DNA of 64,000 bases from Phoronis australis. Lineage: Eukaryota; Animalia; Phoronida. Location of the stretch: contig NMRA01000117.1 of assembly GCA_002633005.1 (NCBI GenBank), positions 415,731 through 479,730 on the forward strand. The letters are read 5' to 3'. Position 1 is the first letter of the stretch. Each line of letters begins with the position of its first letter. The translations under genes were made by a program, and so were the position numbers. Below the pieces are notes generated by a model. The model made no database searches. It worked only from the letters and a program-made list of their open reading frames with translations, and was not told where the DNA came from. This document shows positions 1 to 12,330 of the stretch, in pieces.

Positions 1-2094
1 AACATACAAAGTACCTATATGTTACTGGTGAAAAACTGTTAACATAAAGCCATAACAAACATAACTGATAACAAATAGATCATTGTTTAACACTATAACA
101 CAGAAAGCATTGTTTTCAAAATAAGGAAATGTGATACACCACACCACCTATGAAAATCATACTTGAAACAATGAATGGGCAACTCTCACGAGCTTGCTAA
201 TATTTAGATTTAAGAGATTACGATTTTAGTATTAACAGGAATCTGGCGTACTTGCTTGCCTTTGATTACCCTACCTTTGACTGTGTATGTGTATTAAGTT
301 ACACTTGCAGTCTGTTCATGAAGGGTGTGTCAACGCTCCATTCTCGAGTGAGCACTTAAAGAGCGTGTCCGAGCGCTCAAAATTATTCTCAATAGCCGGA
401 TAGTTTTATAAAGGTGATTTCTTTGAGCAATGACAATAATTCTAAGCACTACAGATTGGCAATACACCATGACATGTTCAAGAATGTGGAGGTACTTGTA
501 TTAAATTTGGTACAGAAATAAATAGCTTAATTAAATGACGTAAGCTCAATTTATATTGATTGCAGTAGTGTTTCTTTTGTTTTCTGTCACTTCGCAAACT
601 CTAGTTAAACTGATTAGGAAATTTTACTGTGGTAGTCTTGTTTATTCGAGTGGATTCAGTGTTACCTACAGATAAACTGGCTTAAATGTATTGTGGGTTG
701 TTAATCCCATCTTCTGAAGGGGAGTAAATTTGATACAGTAAAATTAGTCCAGTAGTAAATGACCATTCCCACTGAAGTTAAGCTGCTAATGATTAGCTGG
801 GGAATAAAGGTTCAATGGGAAAGGAACTGGAGTAACTCCTTGAGACACAGTGGATAATTGGCCCATGTGCCTGTCTGGGTGGGTGTCTGATGCTTGACAA
901 AAAACTGCTGGAAAGCTTTAGGACATACGGTAACATTTGAATACCTGCTATTCAGGTCTGGAGGGTGTGAAACTTGTTAATTTATGGAACTCAACCATTT
1001 TTAATGTTACTTTACTTAAAAGAAGTCTTTAGTTACCATTTCCCTGGCAAACTGCAACTATGCATGCAACAACAGAAAAGTCAGGTATGGGGTCTTGTAA
1101 AAGGGCTGCATCTTCAGGCTATTATTTTACTTCCATTGAATAAACACAAAGGCCAACACAGTCAAAAGGGAGCCAGTCATTGCTATGTTTTGCTCCTAGA
1201 AGTGAATGCAGACATGAGAAGAAGTACTAGGCCTTTTGTCCTTTACATCACTTTCCTATTGTTGAAAGCATAGTTCCATTGGGACAGGAAACAGTAATCG
1301 GTACTGAAAAATAAACTACTTAAAAAATAGGTGTACCTGACACTATCTATTTGCTTTCCTAATTTCCCAGAAATTGAGAAAATGGACACATTAGTAGAAG
1401 TATGAATTCAGTTGGAAATTCCGTACAAATTAATGAGTATCTCTAAGAATTTTTGTCTTCTGTTGAGGACACAGAAAATACGCTAGTCAGAAAACGAAAT
1501 TCACAATATGGATGGCTTAAGGAGTGGCTTTAGTTTTGAATGTTAAAGGTGCAATTCATTCGAATTATTTTAAATTGAAATTGCAAAATTAACTCTCACA
1601 AAACGTGTCTTGAAGTTTCCTTGCCTTGATAGCTATTGATTTCTTCCATAACAACAGCAACACAAAGTATTTAAATGGGGCCCCAAATCTGCACAATAAA
1701 AGCATGCTTCTTGAGGCCAATATGGGACGCAAAAACAGTCGAAATCATCCAAAAATCAATGCCAGTCATGTTCTAAGAAAAAAGAATCTCCCAATTGAGC
1801 AGTTTGTAGAAAGAGCCAGACGTCAAACAATAGGCAAAAACTAATAAGAAACAGTCACTTTAAATCATTACAAAATGGCTAGCTATGGACAACTATTTGC
1901 CAAATGTCATGGATGTCCTTCAAATAGATCGCAGACATAATTAAATTCCATTTGGTGTGTAGACCAACTGAAAAATTTTGAATGCTAAAACCAGTCAAAA
2001 AATCATCGGGTTTCTTAAATTTGCAATTCATCATTTTTCATCTTCGCTATCATGCAAGAGTGAACATTTTTCCTTCTTGATCCTTTTGCATATA

Positions 2095-4011
2095 CCGTAA
2101 TCATTCGGGTTAACGCCCATGCTCAGTTAACAGCCCATCCTCCACTTTAAGTGGATTTTCGATTTAACCGCCCACTGCTCAGTTTAGCGCCCCCCTGCGA
2201 TTTTTGAAGATTTCCAGTTAAGCGCCCACCTCTCGGTTAAGCGCCCATCCCCGACTTTTAAAGAATAAAAATTTAGCGCCTATTGCTAAGGAAACGCGCG
2301 ATTCCCCGACTTTTAGAAGAAGATCGACGATCACAATGAGTGCAACGACGCCGGGACTCTGAGACGGTGGTTTAACAATCTGAATTACAATACAGGTAAC
2401 GAGTTGTTGTCTTGGGTCATGAACTCACTTCAAAATATAATACTTGAACCTTTTTGTCACTTTATTTTCTTCCCTTGTTTGCAAAGTTTAAGAACGCCGC
2501 CGGCGTCAAAGCCTCCACTTTCAGCGACTTTGTCTGCCGCGCTGAGTTTCCGTCTGCAGTGCACTAGATAAAACATATATTCGAAAAAATCAGGCCAGAG
2601 AAATGTGACAATGGTTTTGCCAACCCTCCAAATTCTATTAAGGTGGGAAGCTCTCGTATTTTGAACAAATCTCANNNNNNNNNNNNNNNNNNNNNNNNNN
2701 NNNNNNNNNNNNNNNNNNNNNNNNNNNNNNNNNNNNNNNNNNNNNNNNNNNNNNNNNNNNNNNNNNNNNNNNNNNNNNNNNNNNNNNNNNNNNNNNNNNN
2801 NNNNNNNNNNNNNNNNNNNNNNNNNNNNNNNNNNNNNNNNNNNNNNNNNNNNNNNNNNNNNNNNNNNNNNNNNNNNNNNNNNNNNNNNNNNNNNNNNNNN
2901 NNNNNNNNNNNNNNNNNNNNNNNNNNNNNNNNNNNNNNNNNNNNNNNNNNNNNNNNNNNNNNNNNNNNNNNNNNNNNNNNNNNNNNNNNNNNNNNNNNNN
3001 NNNNNNNNNNNNNNNNNNNNNNNNNNNNNNNNNNNNNNNNNNNNNNNNNNNNNNNNNNNNNNNNNNNNNNNNNNNNNNNNNNNNNNNNNNNNNNNNNNNN
3101 NNNNNNNNNNNNNNNNNNNNNNNNNNNNNNNNNNNNNNNNNNNNNNNNNNNNNNNNNNNNNNNNNNNNNNNNNNNNNNNNNNNNNNNNNNNNNNNNNNNN
3201 NNNNNNNNNNNNNNNNNNNNNNNNNNNNNNNNNNNNNNNNNNNNNNNNNNNNNNNNNNNNNNNNNNNNNNNNNNNNNNNNNNNNNNNNNNNNNNNNNNNN
3301 NNNNNNNNNNNNNNNNNNNNNNNNNNGGGCTGTCGAGATAAGACAGCTAGCCGCAGAACCATACACTGAAAATGTCATTGAGTCACGGAGTGTTGACTAT
3401 AACATCCCAAACACAAAAAACAGTAGAGTTAAGTTTTTCAAACTTTTATTACAACCAATTTTAAAACTGCTCTCTGACACAGAACTTGACAGCTACATAT
3501 AGTACGAGACTGTAACCAAATTTGATGAACTCTGCAACACGTGAAGCTTGCACGCGCGCACTTAAGCAGGGTCACATCTTAATTGAAACAGTTTAATTCT
3601 AGTGGAGGCTGCGTGGTGACTGGTCGTCTACGCACCGCAGGACGGCACGGGGCTATTACTCAGCAATTGTGTAAATTTAATAGTGAATGACTAATCTGGG
3701 CAAGAGAACCTTTGTTGGGATCATCTGCTGTTATGACGCTTTCACTATCATTTGGCGACGTGACGATAAAGCTCTTTGAAAAGGGCTACGCGTTCCGAGT
3801 ATGATTGTCGTGTCGGGATTCAGATCGCCAGGTAAGATTAACCGCCCAGGGCGGTTGTCTGTCGTAATAAGCGCCCATGTTCAGTTAACCGCCCATCCCC
3901 TACTTTAGGTGGATTTTCGATTTAACCGCCCACTGCTCGGTTAACCGCCCTCCCCCGATTTTTTAGATTCGCCAATTTAACCGCCCAGGGCGTTAACCCG
4001 AACGATTACGG
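2095..4011 (+). mobile_element. Non-autonomous TA-TSD DNA transposon (Tc1/mariner, Tc2-like CCGTA ends), copy 1, interrupted by N-gap 2675-3325
   Basis: TA|CCGTAATCATTCGGGTTAACGCCC at 2095 and GGGCGTTAACCCGAACGATTACGG|TA ending 4011 (24-bp TIR, TA TSD). Subterminal TTAA(C/G)CGCCC repeats at both ends. Near-identical to 6847-8659. Confidence 0.9.
2675..3325. other. Assembly gap (N run)
   Basis: Run of N inside the repeat copy. Confidence 0.99.
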
Positions 4012-6846
4012 TATATTTTGAAATCTATGGCTGGGATATTGAACACATACGATCTACAGATATTTGGCGGCGAACCGCAATTCTATACAAACAGAAACTG
4101 CTCCATGAATGCCATAGTGTGTATTTGTTATATAAGAGGATGAACTCCCAATAAGCTCCACCCACAAATTAGCCAGCAGTAATTGGTCATTTTTTGACAA
4201 GAAAATGACAAAACATCCGATTAACTGCCACACAGATTGTAAACACTGCAAGACATGGTTTTATCAGGTACAGACTTTTCGATTTATGCTTTCTTTTATT
4301 TATTTACGTCCATCTATTGAGAACACGTCGGCTGCACTAGAATAACAAAGAACACCTTTTGCGAGTCTTGCGTGATCGTATATTGTTGCCGCGATCTCTA
4401 CCGATAACTTCGACGAAGCTTCGCTTTGACTGTTCCCACAACACCGAGTTTCGGTGAGTACCGAAGCTCTGCTTTTAAATCCTACGATTTTAAGCGAAGT
4501 TTCGCTTTCAGATTAACCACAGGAGATAACCTTTTCCACTTACCGAAACTTAGGTAAAAAATATGTTTCACTTCTAATGGGAAAGCGACTTTAGAGATGA
4601 TAAGGTATGTAATGAAATGTTTGTAACTTTTTGCAAATAAGCATTTTCTGAGTCACGGGTGGTCAGTTGTACACGGGAAAATCAACTTAATTTGAATTCA
4701 CGCCTAAATTGCGTTACGGAAAACAGCTCAAATTCACAAGGGTTGCACCCAATAACATACTGACTTTGCTCAACAAAACTGTGTTAAAACATTGTTTTTT
4801 GACCTATATCACTAATAGAGCAGAAGCTATACAAAAAACCAAGTCAACAATAACAAAAAGTCAAGGAGCATGTACCAAAGGTTTTTAATAGCTATCTTTT
4901 CATGTTTACCAAACAATCCAACAAAGTTCATGCAGTCTGTCACATCTTCTTCATGAGTGCAGTGAAATAATGGACAGACAAGATCTAATGACGGTGCCAT
5001 GCAGTGCTCAATAAAATCGGCCAGATAATGGAAGTAGGATACTGCTTTAAATTGTGTAAGTACACACCCATAAAAATGAATTCTGATTCCCCGAGCTGTT
5101 GATGACCGCAGCTCTTTTAGTGGACAAAAATCAAGACAATATTGAAAAACAAGGAGCTTATGTGGCACAGAAATAGAGTTGCCTGACTAGTACAGTGTCT
5201 TGGTATTAACAGCAAACAATCAGTTTTAGGGTCAAAAAAGCAGTTTTGGGATTACTGTTGGATGGATTTCTAAAGTTATTACTTTTGACCAGAACAACAA
5301 AACAGCAATGTCTGCTGTTTTTCAGATTTGATCAGAAATGGACGATTCCCGACAAGGGATTCCACTCATTCGGAAGTGGAATTAACTGAAACTGAGGCTA
5401 GTGACCTTATCAGTTTACACTCGGCCACTCGCCACATTGACTTTTAGCCCTATAAAACTGGATTGTGACCACTGTTGTTTTGGGCTCAAATCCATCTAGG
5501 GGTTGTTCTCAAGTAAACAACATTGTCCTTGATAATATCCCTTCAAGTATTAATAGAAAATAGAACTAAAATAGATGAAGAAATTGTTTCATGTAATCCA
5601 GCACTTGATTCAGATATTTCTATTATCTTGCAATAAAAAGTAATCAAATGCTTATTGTAAACATTTCTGTGGCCTTTCACAACAATAAACCATGTTTCAT
5701 TCACTTAGAAACTAAGATATTCTTGGTAATTAAGCATAAACACAAGGTGACCATTGTTCAGCTCGACAATTACAATGATGAATCAGTGTAACTGGAGAAC
5801 ATTGTTTGATTAATCACAATACATTGTTATCAATCATTTGTAGGTACACTGTCAAACAAATGGTTGGCCTTGGGAGTATTCCACTACATGTTTGACAGGA
5901 TGCAACATGAAAATTAAGAAACCAATCCATTTAAAGAACGGGCTCGAAAAAGAGGAGACCCACTTGTAAGAATGAGCTTCCAAGAAAGGCAATCTTTTGT
6001 AGGATTAGTAAACACTACACTTTTGTAGAGAATAATCCCATAAACCTTTTGTAGGCACTCTTGGACACTGAGTTGAAAGTTAAACTCATTAAGCCCCCCA
6101 AGGTAAAGGAAGGGATGCTTTCTGTAGCTCTGTGTACAGGAAACTTACAGAGTTTCGGACAATAGTCACCTACAGAGGTCTTGCATTTGAGAACCAGTTT
6201 GATATTCTATTTCAGACTTGAAACTCTAAAGTCGGATGCCATGATCAAAGTTGTGAAATGACAAGTTTGTCTAAGTCAAATATCAAAAGGACATTGTTCA
6301 ATGTTCATCAACACTTTTTCACATGATTTTCTGCAACATAATTTTTTAAAGTGACAAGGAAACCGTACAAGGTTGGGTTCATCAATTAGTGTGTAATTGA
6401 TAAAATATTGTGTTTACAATTGTTAAACAGGGTTCCATTCAATAATAGTCTCCATTCATTCATTCCTAATTATTCATAGCTTCATTCATTTATTTGATTC
6501 ACTTTCCTTGTGGATAAACCTTTAAGTAGATACAAATGAAAGACAGGTTGATGTAAGATCTAACTGTGTATTGATTAAAAAGATAATTACACAAATTTCT
6601 TCTTGTCTCATATCAGTCAGTTTTAATCTGGCCAGGACCCTACAGACAGAGATATACTGAATTGAAATCACTAATATAAATGAACTTGTTAATTTAATTA
6701 TTTTGCAATTAGTTTTCAGATATCTAAATTAACATCCCTAAATAACCACTATAAAGTTCAAAAAGCAATTCTCCCACAATTAGTTGACACAGCAAATACT
6801 TACGGCTTTATCTATTGAGACATTGGTAACTGTGGTTCGTAGAGTA

Positions 6847-8659
6847 CCGTAATCGTTCGGGTTAACGCCCATGCTCAGTTAACCGCCCATCCCCCACTTT
6901 AAGTGGATTTTCAATTTAACCGCCCACTGCTCAGTTAAGCGCCCCCCTGCGATTTTTGAAGATTTCCAGTTAAGCGCCCATCCCCGACTTTTAAAGAATG
7001 AAGATTTAGCGCCTAGTGCTAAGGAAACGCGCGATTCCCGGACTTTTAGAAAAAGATCGATGATCACAATGAGTGCAACGACGCCGGTACTCAGAGACGG
7101 TGGTTTAGCAATCTGAATTACAAAACAGGTAACGAGTTATTGTCTTGGGTCATGAACTCACTTCAAAATATAATACTTGAACCTTTTTGTCACTTTATTT
7201 TCTTCCCTTGTTTGCAAAGTTTAAGAACGCCGCCGGCGTCAAAACCTCCGCTTTCAGCGACTTTGCCGCGCTGAGTGTCTGTCTGCAGTGCACTAGATAA
7301 AACATATATTCGAAAAAATCAGGCCAGAGAAATGTGACAATGGTTTTGCCAACCCTCCAAATTCTATTAAGGTGGGAAGCTCTCGTATTTTGAACAAATC
7401 TAACAACTCACGGAAAGATGTCAAATTCTCAATATTTTTATGAATATAACTGCCGGGTTTTAGAGGATGTGGGGCGACCGAAGGGACAGTACAAATGCCT
7501 TACTGGGTTACTGATTTTGTTACTGCCTGTCGATTTCTGAATTCAAACGTTGGCAATACTGTATGTTTGTGTATGATCTTGAAGTAATAAAAAACGGCTA
7601 GTCAAATTTTGTTTTTCGCTTATTGCATCTCAGTCAAACTGTTTAGCAGAGTTAACTAATGTCGCTGGCTGTTCTTCACTATTTCTTGCGTCAGCCCCCA
7701 CGTAAGCGTGACTGTGTGAATTATCATTTCCACATCCCCTTTTTAGCCATCCAGAATAGTTTTGTTTATACATTGGCCATTTTCAGCCTGAACAAAAATT
7801 CTTACCATTCGTGTCTGAAATATCTACGACGTAGACTGCTTGACGATAGTGGGTAGGAGATTCACGAAGCTAGTTACAGGGATGGGCTTAGAGAGCATCG
7901 AGTCGGGAAATATGGGAATACACTTGACATCGCAGTTTTGGGGAACATTGGCAACGGAGGAATATCGTAAAGAACTGGGTCTTTCGTAACAACAGCTTAA
8001 AAGTAAANNNNNNNNNNNNNNNNNNNNNNNNNNNNNNNNNNNNNNNNNNNNNNNNNNNNNNNNNNNNNNNNNNNNNNNNNNNNNNNNNNNNNNNNNNNNN
8101 NNNNNNNNNNNNNNNNNNNNNNNNNNNNNNNNNNNNNNNNNNNNNNNNNNNNNNNNNNNNNNNNNNNNNNNNNNNNNNNNNNNNNNNNNNNNNNNNNNNN
8201 NNNNNNNNNNNNNNNNNNNNNNNNNNNNNNNNNNNNNNNNNNNNNNNNNNNNNNNNNNNNNNNNNNNNNNNNNNNNNNNNNNNNNNNNNNNNNNNNNNNN
8301 NNNNNNNNNNNNNNNNNNNNNNNNNNNNNNNNNNNNNNNNNNNNNNNNNNNNNNNNNNNNNNNNNNNNNNNNNNNNNNNNNNNNNNNNNNNNNNNNNNNN
8401 NNNNNNNNNNNNNNNNNNNNNNNNNNNNNNNNNNNNNNNNNNNNNNNNNNNNNNNNNNNNNNNNNNNNNNNNNNNNNAGGTAAGATTAACCGCCCAGGGC
8501 GGTTGTCTGTCGTAATAAGCGCCCATGTTCGGTTAACCGCCCATCCCCTACTTTAGGTGGATTTTCGATTTAACCGCCCACTGCTCGGTTAACCGCCCTC
8601 CCCCGATTTTTTGGATTCGCCAATTTAACCGCCCAGGGCGTTAACCCGAACGATTACGG
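6847..8659 (+). mobile_element. Same Tc2-like non-autonomous element, copy 2, interrupted by N-gap 8008-8477
   Basis: TA|CCGTAATCGTTCGGGTTAACGCCC ... GGGCGTTAACCCGAACGATTACGG|TA; perfect 24-bp TIR; both end regions near-identical to copy 1. Confidence 0.9.
8008..8477. other. Assembly gap (N run)
   Basis: Run of N inside the repeat copy. Confidence 0.99.
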
Positions 8660-9099
8660 TATGTCATGATATTCCCTGAGGTTGGACCAGTAAAGATGCA
8701 TGTAAATTACTGATGTTTTTACATAAACAGATGACAATTGATGTGAACATCTGGCCGAGGCTTACTAAAGATGTGAACATTGCTATCCTTCCAAATATAA
8801 CTATTTGTACAGAAAGAGTAGCTTTTGAGATATTAAAGTGTTTACAATGCTGTGAATTCATTATGTTGGAAACAACTGGTTCAGATTAGTGAGGAATTTT
8901 AATTAAACAGTCTTGCCTCCAAATGCTGTCCCAGGTTGCAATAACCAACATCTATAAACCGATTAGTTTACATCATCACATAATGCTCTAAAAAGGAAGG
9001 TAATAAAATAAGCTAGACTAGCACTATGTTACCTTCAATGGGATGACAAAACTGATGTCCATTAATTTGTTCACAAAAGAGCAGAAAGCTGTATTGGAA

Positions 9100-9350
9100 A
9101 TGGGGCTTGGAATGACCGATGAGAAAAAGGGGGAAAATTTTCCAGGTGATGCATAGTTCTACAAATAAATAGGCTTATGTGATAAAAATATTTTTGTGTT
9201 TTACAATTTAACTTAAGAAACATTTTTGCATGAATAAAGCCAAAATAATGATAAAAAGGAGATGAAAAAAGAGGAAACTGGAAATCAAATAAGAGGACAT
9301 TGAAATAAAAAAAAGAAATCCTCTTAAAAGAGGAAAATTCTAAGCCCCTG
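9100..9350. mobile_element. MITE with 5-bp TSD (TGGAA), same family as 55644-55773 in opposite orientation
   Basis: TGGAA|ATGGGGCTTGGAAT ... ATTCTAAGCCCCTG|TGGAA; AAAAGAGGAAA subterminal motifs shared with the 55644 copy. Confidence 0.7.
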
Positions 9351-9716
9351 TGGAAAAGGATGTCAAGACCTTCGACAATAGTGCACTGAGAGCAGGAAGG
9401 AGATGTCTTAGCTAATGCCCTATAACTATGCACACCACTTCATTTAGGATTGATTTTTACTTAGCTTCTATTTTGACCTACATATAGATCGAAAGTGTCA
9501 TCAATAACCATACGCAATCTTACGTTACTTATTTCGTTCTGGTACCTGTTAGTCTTTGGGCATACGAAGAGCTTGATAACTTTTCATTGTTACTCACAGT
9601 ATAACTCCATTTACCGGTATTTGGTAATTGAATGCATCAAGGATGTCTACTGCTTTGGACAAAAACAAACCAGATTGATTTGAAAATAGGACTAAGGATA
9701 TATTATTATAATTCAA

Positions 9717-10494
9717 ATGCAAATAACATGGACAAGTTTTGTCAAAACAAAATGTTTCAATAGTTCTTTCTATATTTCAGCTTCACTGATCCTGCTGATA
9801 TGGTTATACGTTGACCAGTTTCAAAATGATTCTCGGCCAATTTCCAATGGAGAAGAGGACAATTTAAGCTCAGGTTTGTTTCGCAACTGGCATCCCAGAC
9901 AACGTCACTTAGCAAACATTTTAGACTTACAGCTGAAGAATATCAGACTCTTCGCGGAAGACCACAGAAGCAATTATGCAGAGTTTGCGTGGGTTGTGAC
10001 TAAAACAGCACCCAGTTTTCCAATCTGTATTTACAACATTGAAAAAGACACTTTCATATCAGCTGCATTAAAGTCTGATGGAATATGGGAACCATTCATT
10101 ACAAAAGTATACCAGAGAGTACTGAATAAGTACCCAGAGGCATGGGTAATTGATATAGGTGCCAACATTGGCTACTACACTCTACTGTCAGCCAGGATGG
10201 GTCACAATGTGATTGCTGTGGAACCAGTGCAAGAGAACTATCGGCGTCTTCATGCTAGTATTCAACTGGCGCATTTAGCCGGCCAAGTATACATTGTGAC
10301 CAACGCTCTATCAGACAGACATGTAAATGTTAGCTTGAGTAAAAATGCAGATAATCAAGGTGGCATTCGCGTGATACAGTCAAATGGACGTTCAAGAAAT
10401 ACGGACGCCAGCACCAATCTTGTGCCTACCGCAACAATGGACGATCTTCTACAGATCCTACAGACTAGCCAAGCGATAATCAAGCTGGATATAG
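9717..10494 (+). CDS. FkbM family (Methyltransf_21) SAM-dependent methyltransferase, main exon
   Basis: ORF with the SAM-binding motif VIDIGANIGYYTL and VIAVEP, ending IIKLDI-G at donor G|GTATGG (10495). N-terminal hydrophobic stretch ASLILLIWLYV. The true exon start may be 9781 (strong acceptor TTCTTTCTATATTTCAG) rather than ATG 9717. Confidence 0.88.
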
Positions 10495-10647
10495 GTATGG
10501 TTTGAATTACAGCATATTTACCTTAACTTGTCAATAACCTATAATCCACATGCTATTAACTAAATTCCTTCTAGACCGGCAACTAATTAGTAATTGATTG
10601 CTCATATAACTCTTGCCTAGGATTCTTGAGCACGTAAGTACACAAGC

Positions 10648-10866
10648 ACTTGAAGCGGCATTTTGTCTTTGTTTAGCTGACTGAGCTGAATTCTTAACCG
10701 AAGCGCTTCAGCGTTTGAAAAAATCACGCTCATTTGATCTCGAATAGTTGACGAATGAGCTGGCAACTATAACGGCAAGAAACATTACGAGACGGATTCC
10801 ACAGGAATAAAATGCTTTATTCAATTTTCATTTAGCCAGCTAAACAAGCCGAAGTCCATCTCAGTG
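10648..10866. mobile_element. Degenerate MITE-like inverted-repeat element in the methyltransferase intron
   Basis: CACTTG...TTGTTTAGCTGACTGAGCTGAA and TTCATTTAGCCAGCTAAACAA...CAGTG form imperfect ~40-bp inverted arms. Confidence 0.45.
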
Positions 10867-11318
10867 GCCTTGTAACCTTTGCACAATCTAAAATTGCGTA
10901 CTATCTCAATTAATTATTAAAAGATACAATAATGATGAAAATGTCTTCAGCAATTTGTGTACAAATTAACTTGATTGATAATTTGAATCCAATGCAATGA
11001 TAATAATGTATTAAACATTTAGATTAGGGGAATCCGTTTAATAGCTTTTAAAATCAATAGTAGGTTACTAAAATACTTGTTTACTTAAATTTCTCAAAAA
11101 GAATTGTCAAACAACTTGTAGGTTTCAGGTTTGCAAGAAAGGTTCTGAGATTTTTATATACTTTTAGGTGTTGATAACGAATAACTATTTGATGACAAAT
11201 GAGTGATATAAATGTCAACATTTGCCTTCATACATGTGTTTTTGTGCTATAACGCAAACAAGAATATACACTTGTATGATTAATTATGAATATTATTGAG
11301 ATTTCTGTTCATTTTCAG

Positions 11319-11608
11319 AGGGATATGAATGTAAAGTATTGAAACGTGCACAGAAATTCTTCAAAAACGTTCATGTGCCATACATCTTAATGGAATGGAA
11401 ACAGATGTTTATTCACCAGAGGACGCCGCAAACTTCTTGTTCTACTCTGGATATGAAAGAATTGTGTGACTCTTTTGCACGGCAAGGTTATGAACCTCAT
11501 GAAATACAAACACATATCAAACTGAACCCAGCACGATGTACAACTATATGGCGAATTGGAGACATCTATTGGAAACATCTATCTGCAAAATCGATCCACC
11601 CTGGATAA
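11319..11608 (+). CDS. FkbM family methyltransferase, terminal exon
   Basis: Acceptor TTCATTTTCAG|AG. The phase-1 splice restores the family motif KLDIEGYECKVL, continuing to YILMEW...GDIYWKHLSAKSIHPG-TAA. Confidence 0.88.
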
Positions 11609-11809
11609 ACATTTTTAGAGTGATCATCTGCTATTTCATGTACCTATTTTGTTCTACCATGGTCAATCAGTTCTGAAGTTTGGCTGAGCCATCACTCCAA
11701 TGGGACCTCGATGACAACTCGCAACATTCTGGTGAATGCAACTGAAACTTTGCTATGTAGTCTTTGTTCAATTCCAAGTTTTGAATTCAGCATTTGCAAC
11801 TACCAATTT

Positions 11810-12330
11810 CCGTACATACCCCACTCGTTCAGTTTAACGACCATGCTCAGGTTATCAATAACCTGGGGAAATTAAAAAATTTTCACTTAAGCACCCATGC
11901 TTGGCTTACAGCCCACTCCTAATTTATATGACTAACACTTCCTTGTAAGCAAATGTTTCTAGGTGCCGGATGAATTTGAGCTCCTAAAAATGATATAATA
12001 TGTTAATCTTTGTGTATCAATCAGATCAGAAAAAAAACATGAAAGTTTTGAGACATCCAGTTGAGGTAACAAAAAACAGAAAAATTAAGTCAAATATTGT
12101 AATTTGCTTACTTTAGTTAACAACCTTGGCTGCGTCGTCTGGTTAAAATGACACCTATTGGCCAGAACGATGATGACACCAACCAAAGTCCATGAGAGAT
12201 GGATGCTACATCACTAACTCAAGTAAGCAAATTCTAGTATTTGACTTATTTTTTCTGTATTTCAATTTTCCATTGATGATTTTTGAGTTTCCCAACTAAA
12301 CAACCTGGGCCATAAGCCAGAGAAGTACGG
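11810..12330. mobile_element. Old CCGTA-type element carrying an internal ~180-bp foldback (arms ~12077-12119 / 12215-12258)
   Basis: CCGTAC start and GTACGG|TA end, with decayed TTAAGCACCCATG motifs. Internal arms ACAGAAAAATTAAGTCAAATA...TTTGCTTACTT and its reverse complement. Confidence 0.5.

Noticed and set aside
2457-3378. Long ORFs of 232-301 aa (also 7888-8526)
   Set aside because: They are open only because they run through N gaps
9717-11608. Bacterial contamination or very recent HGT for the FkbM gene
   Set aside because: It has a canonical GT-AG intron splitting a conserved motif and host-like base composition; ancient origin cannot be judged without a phylogeny
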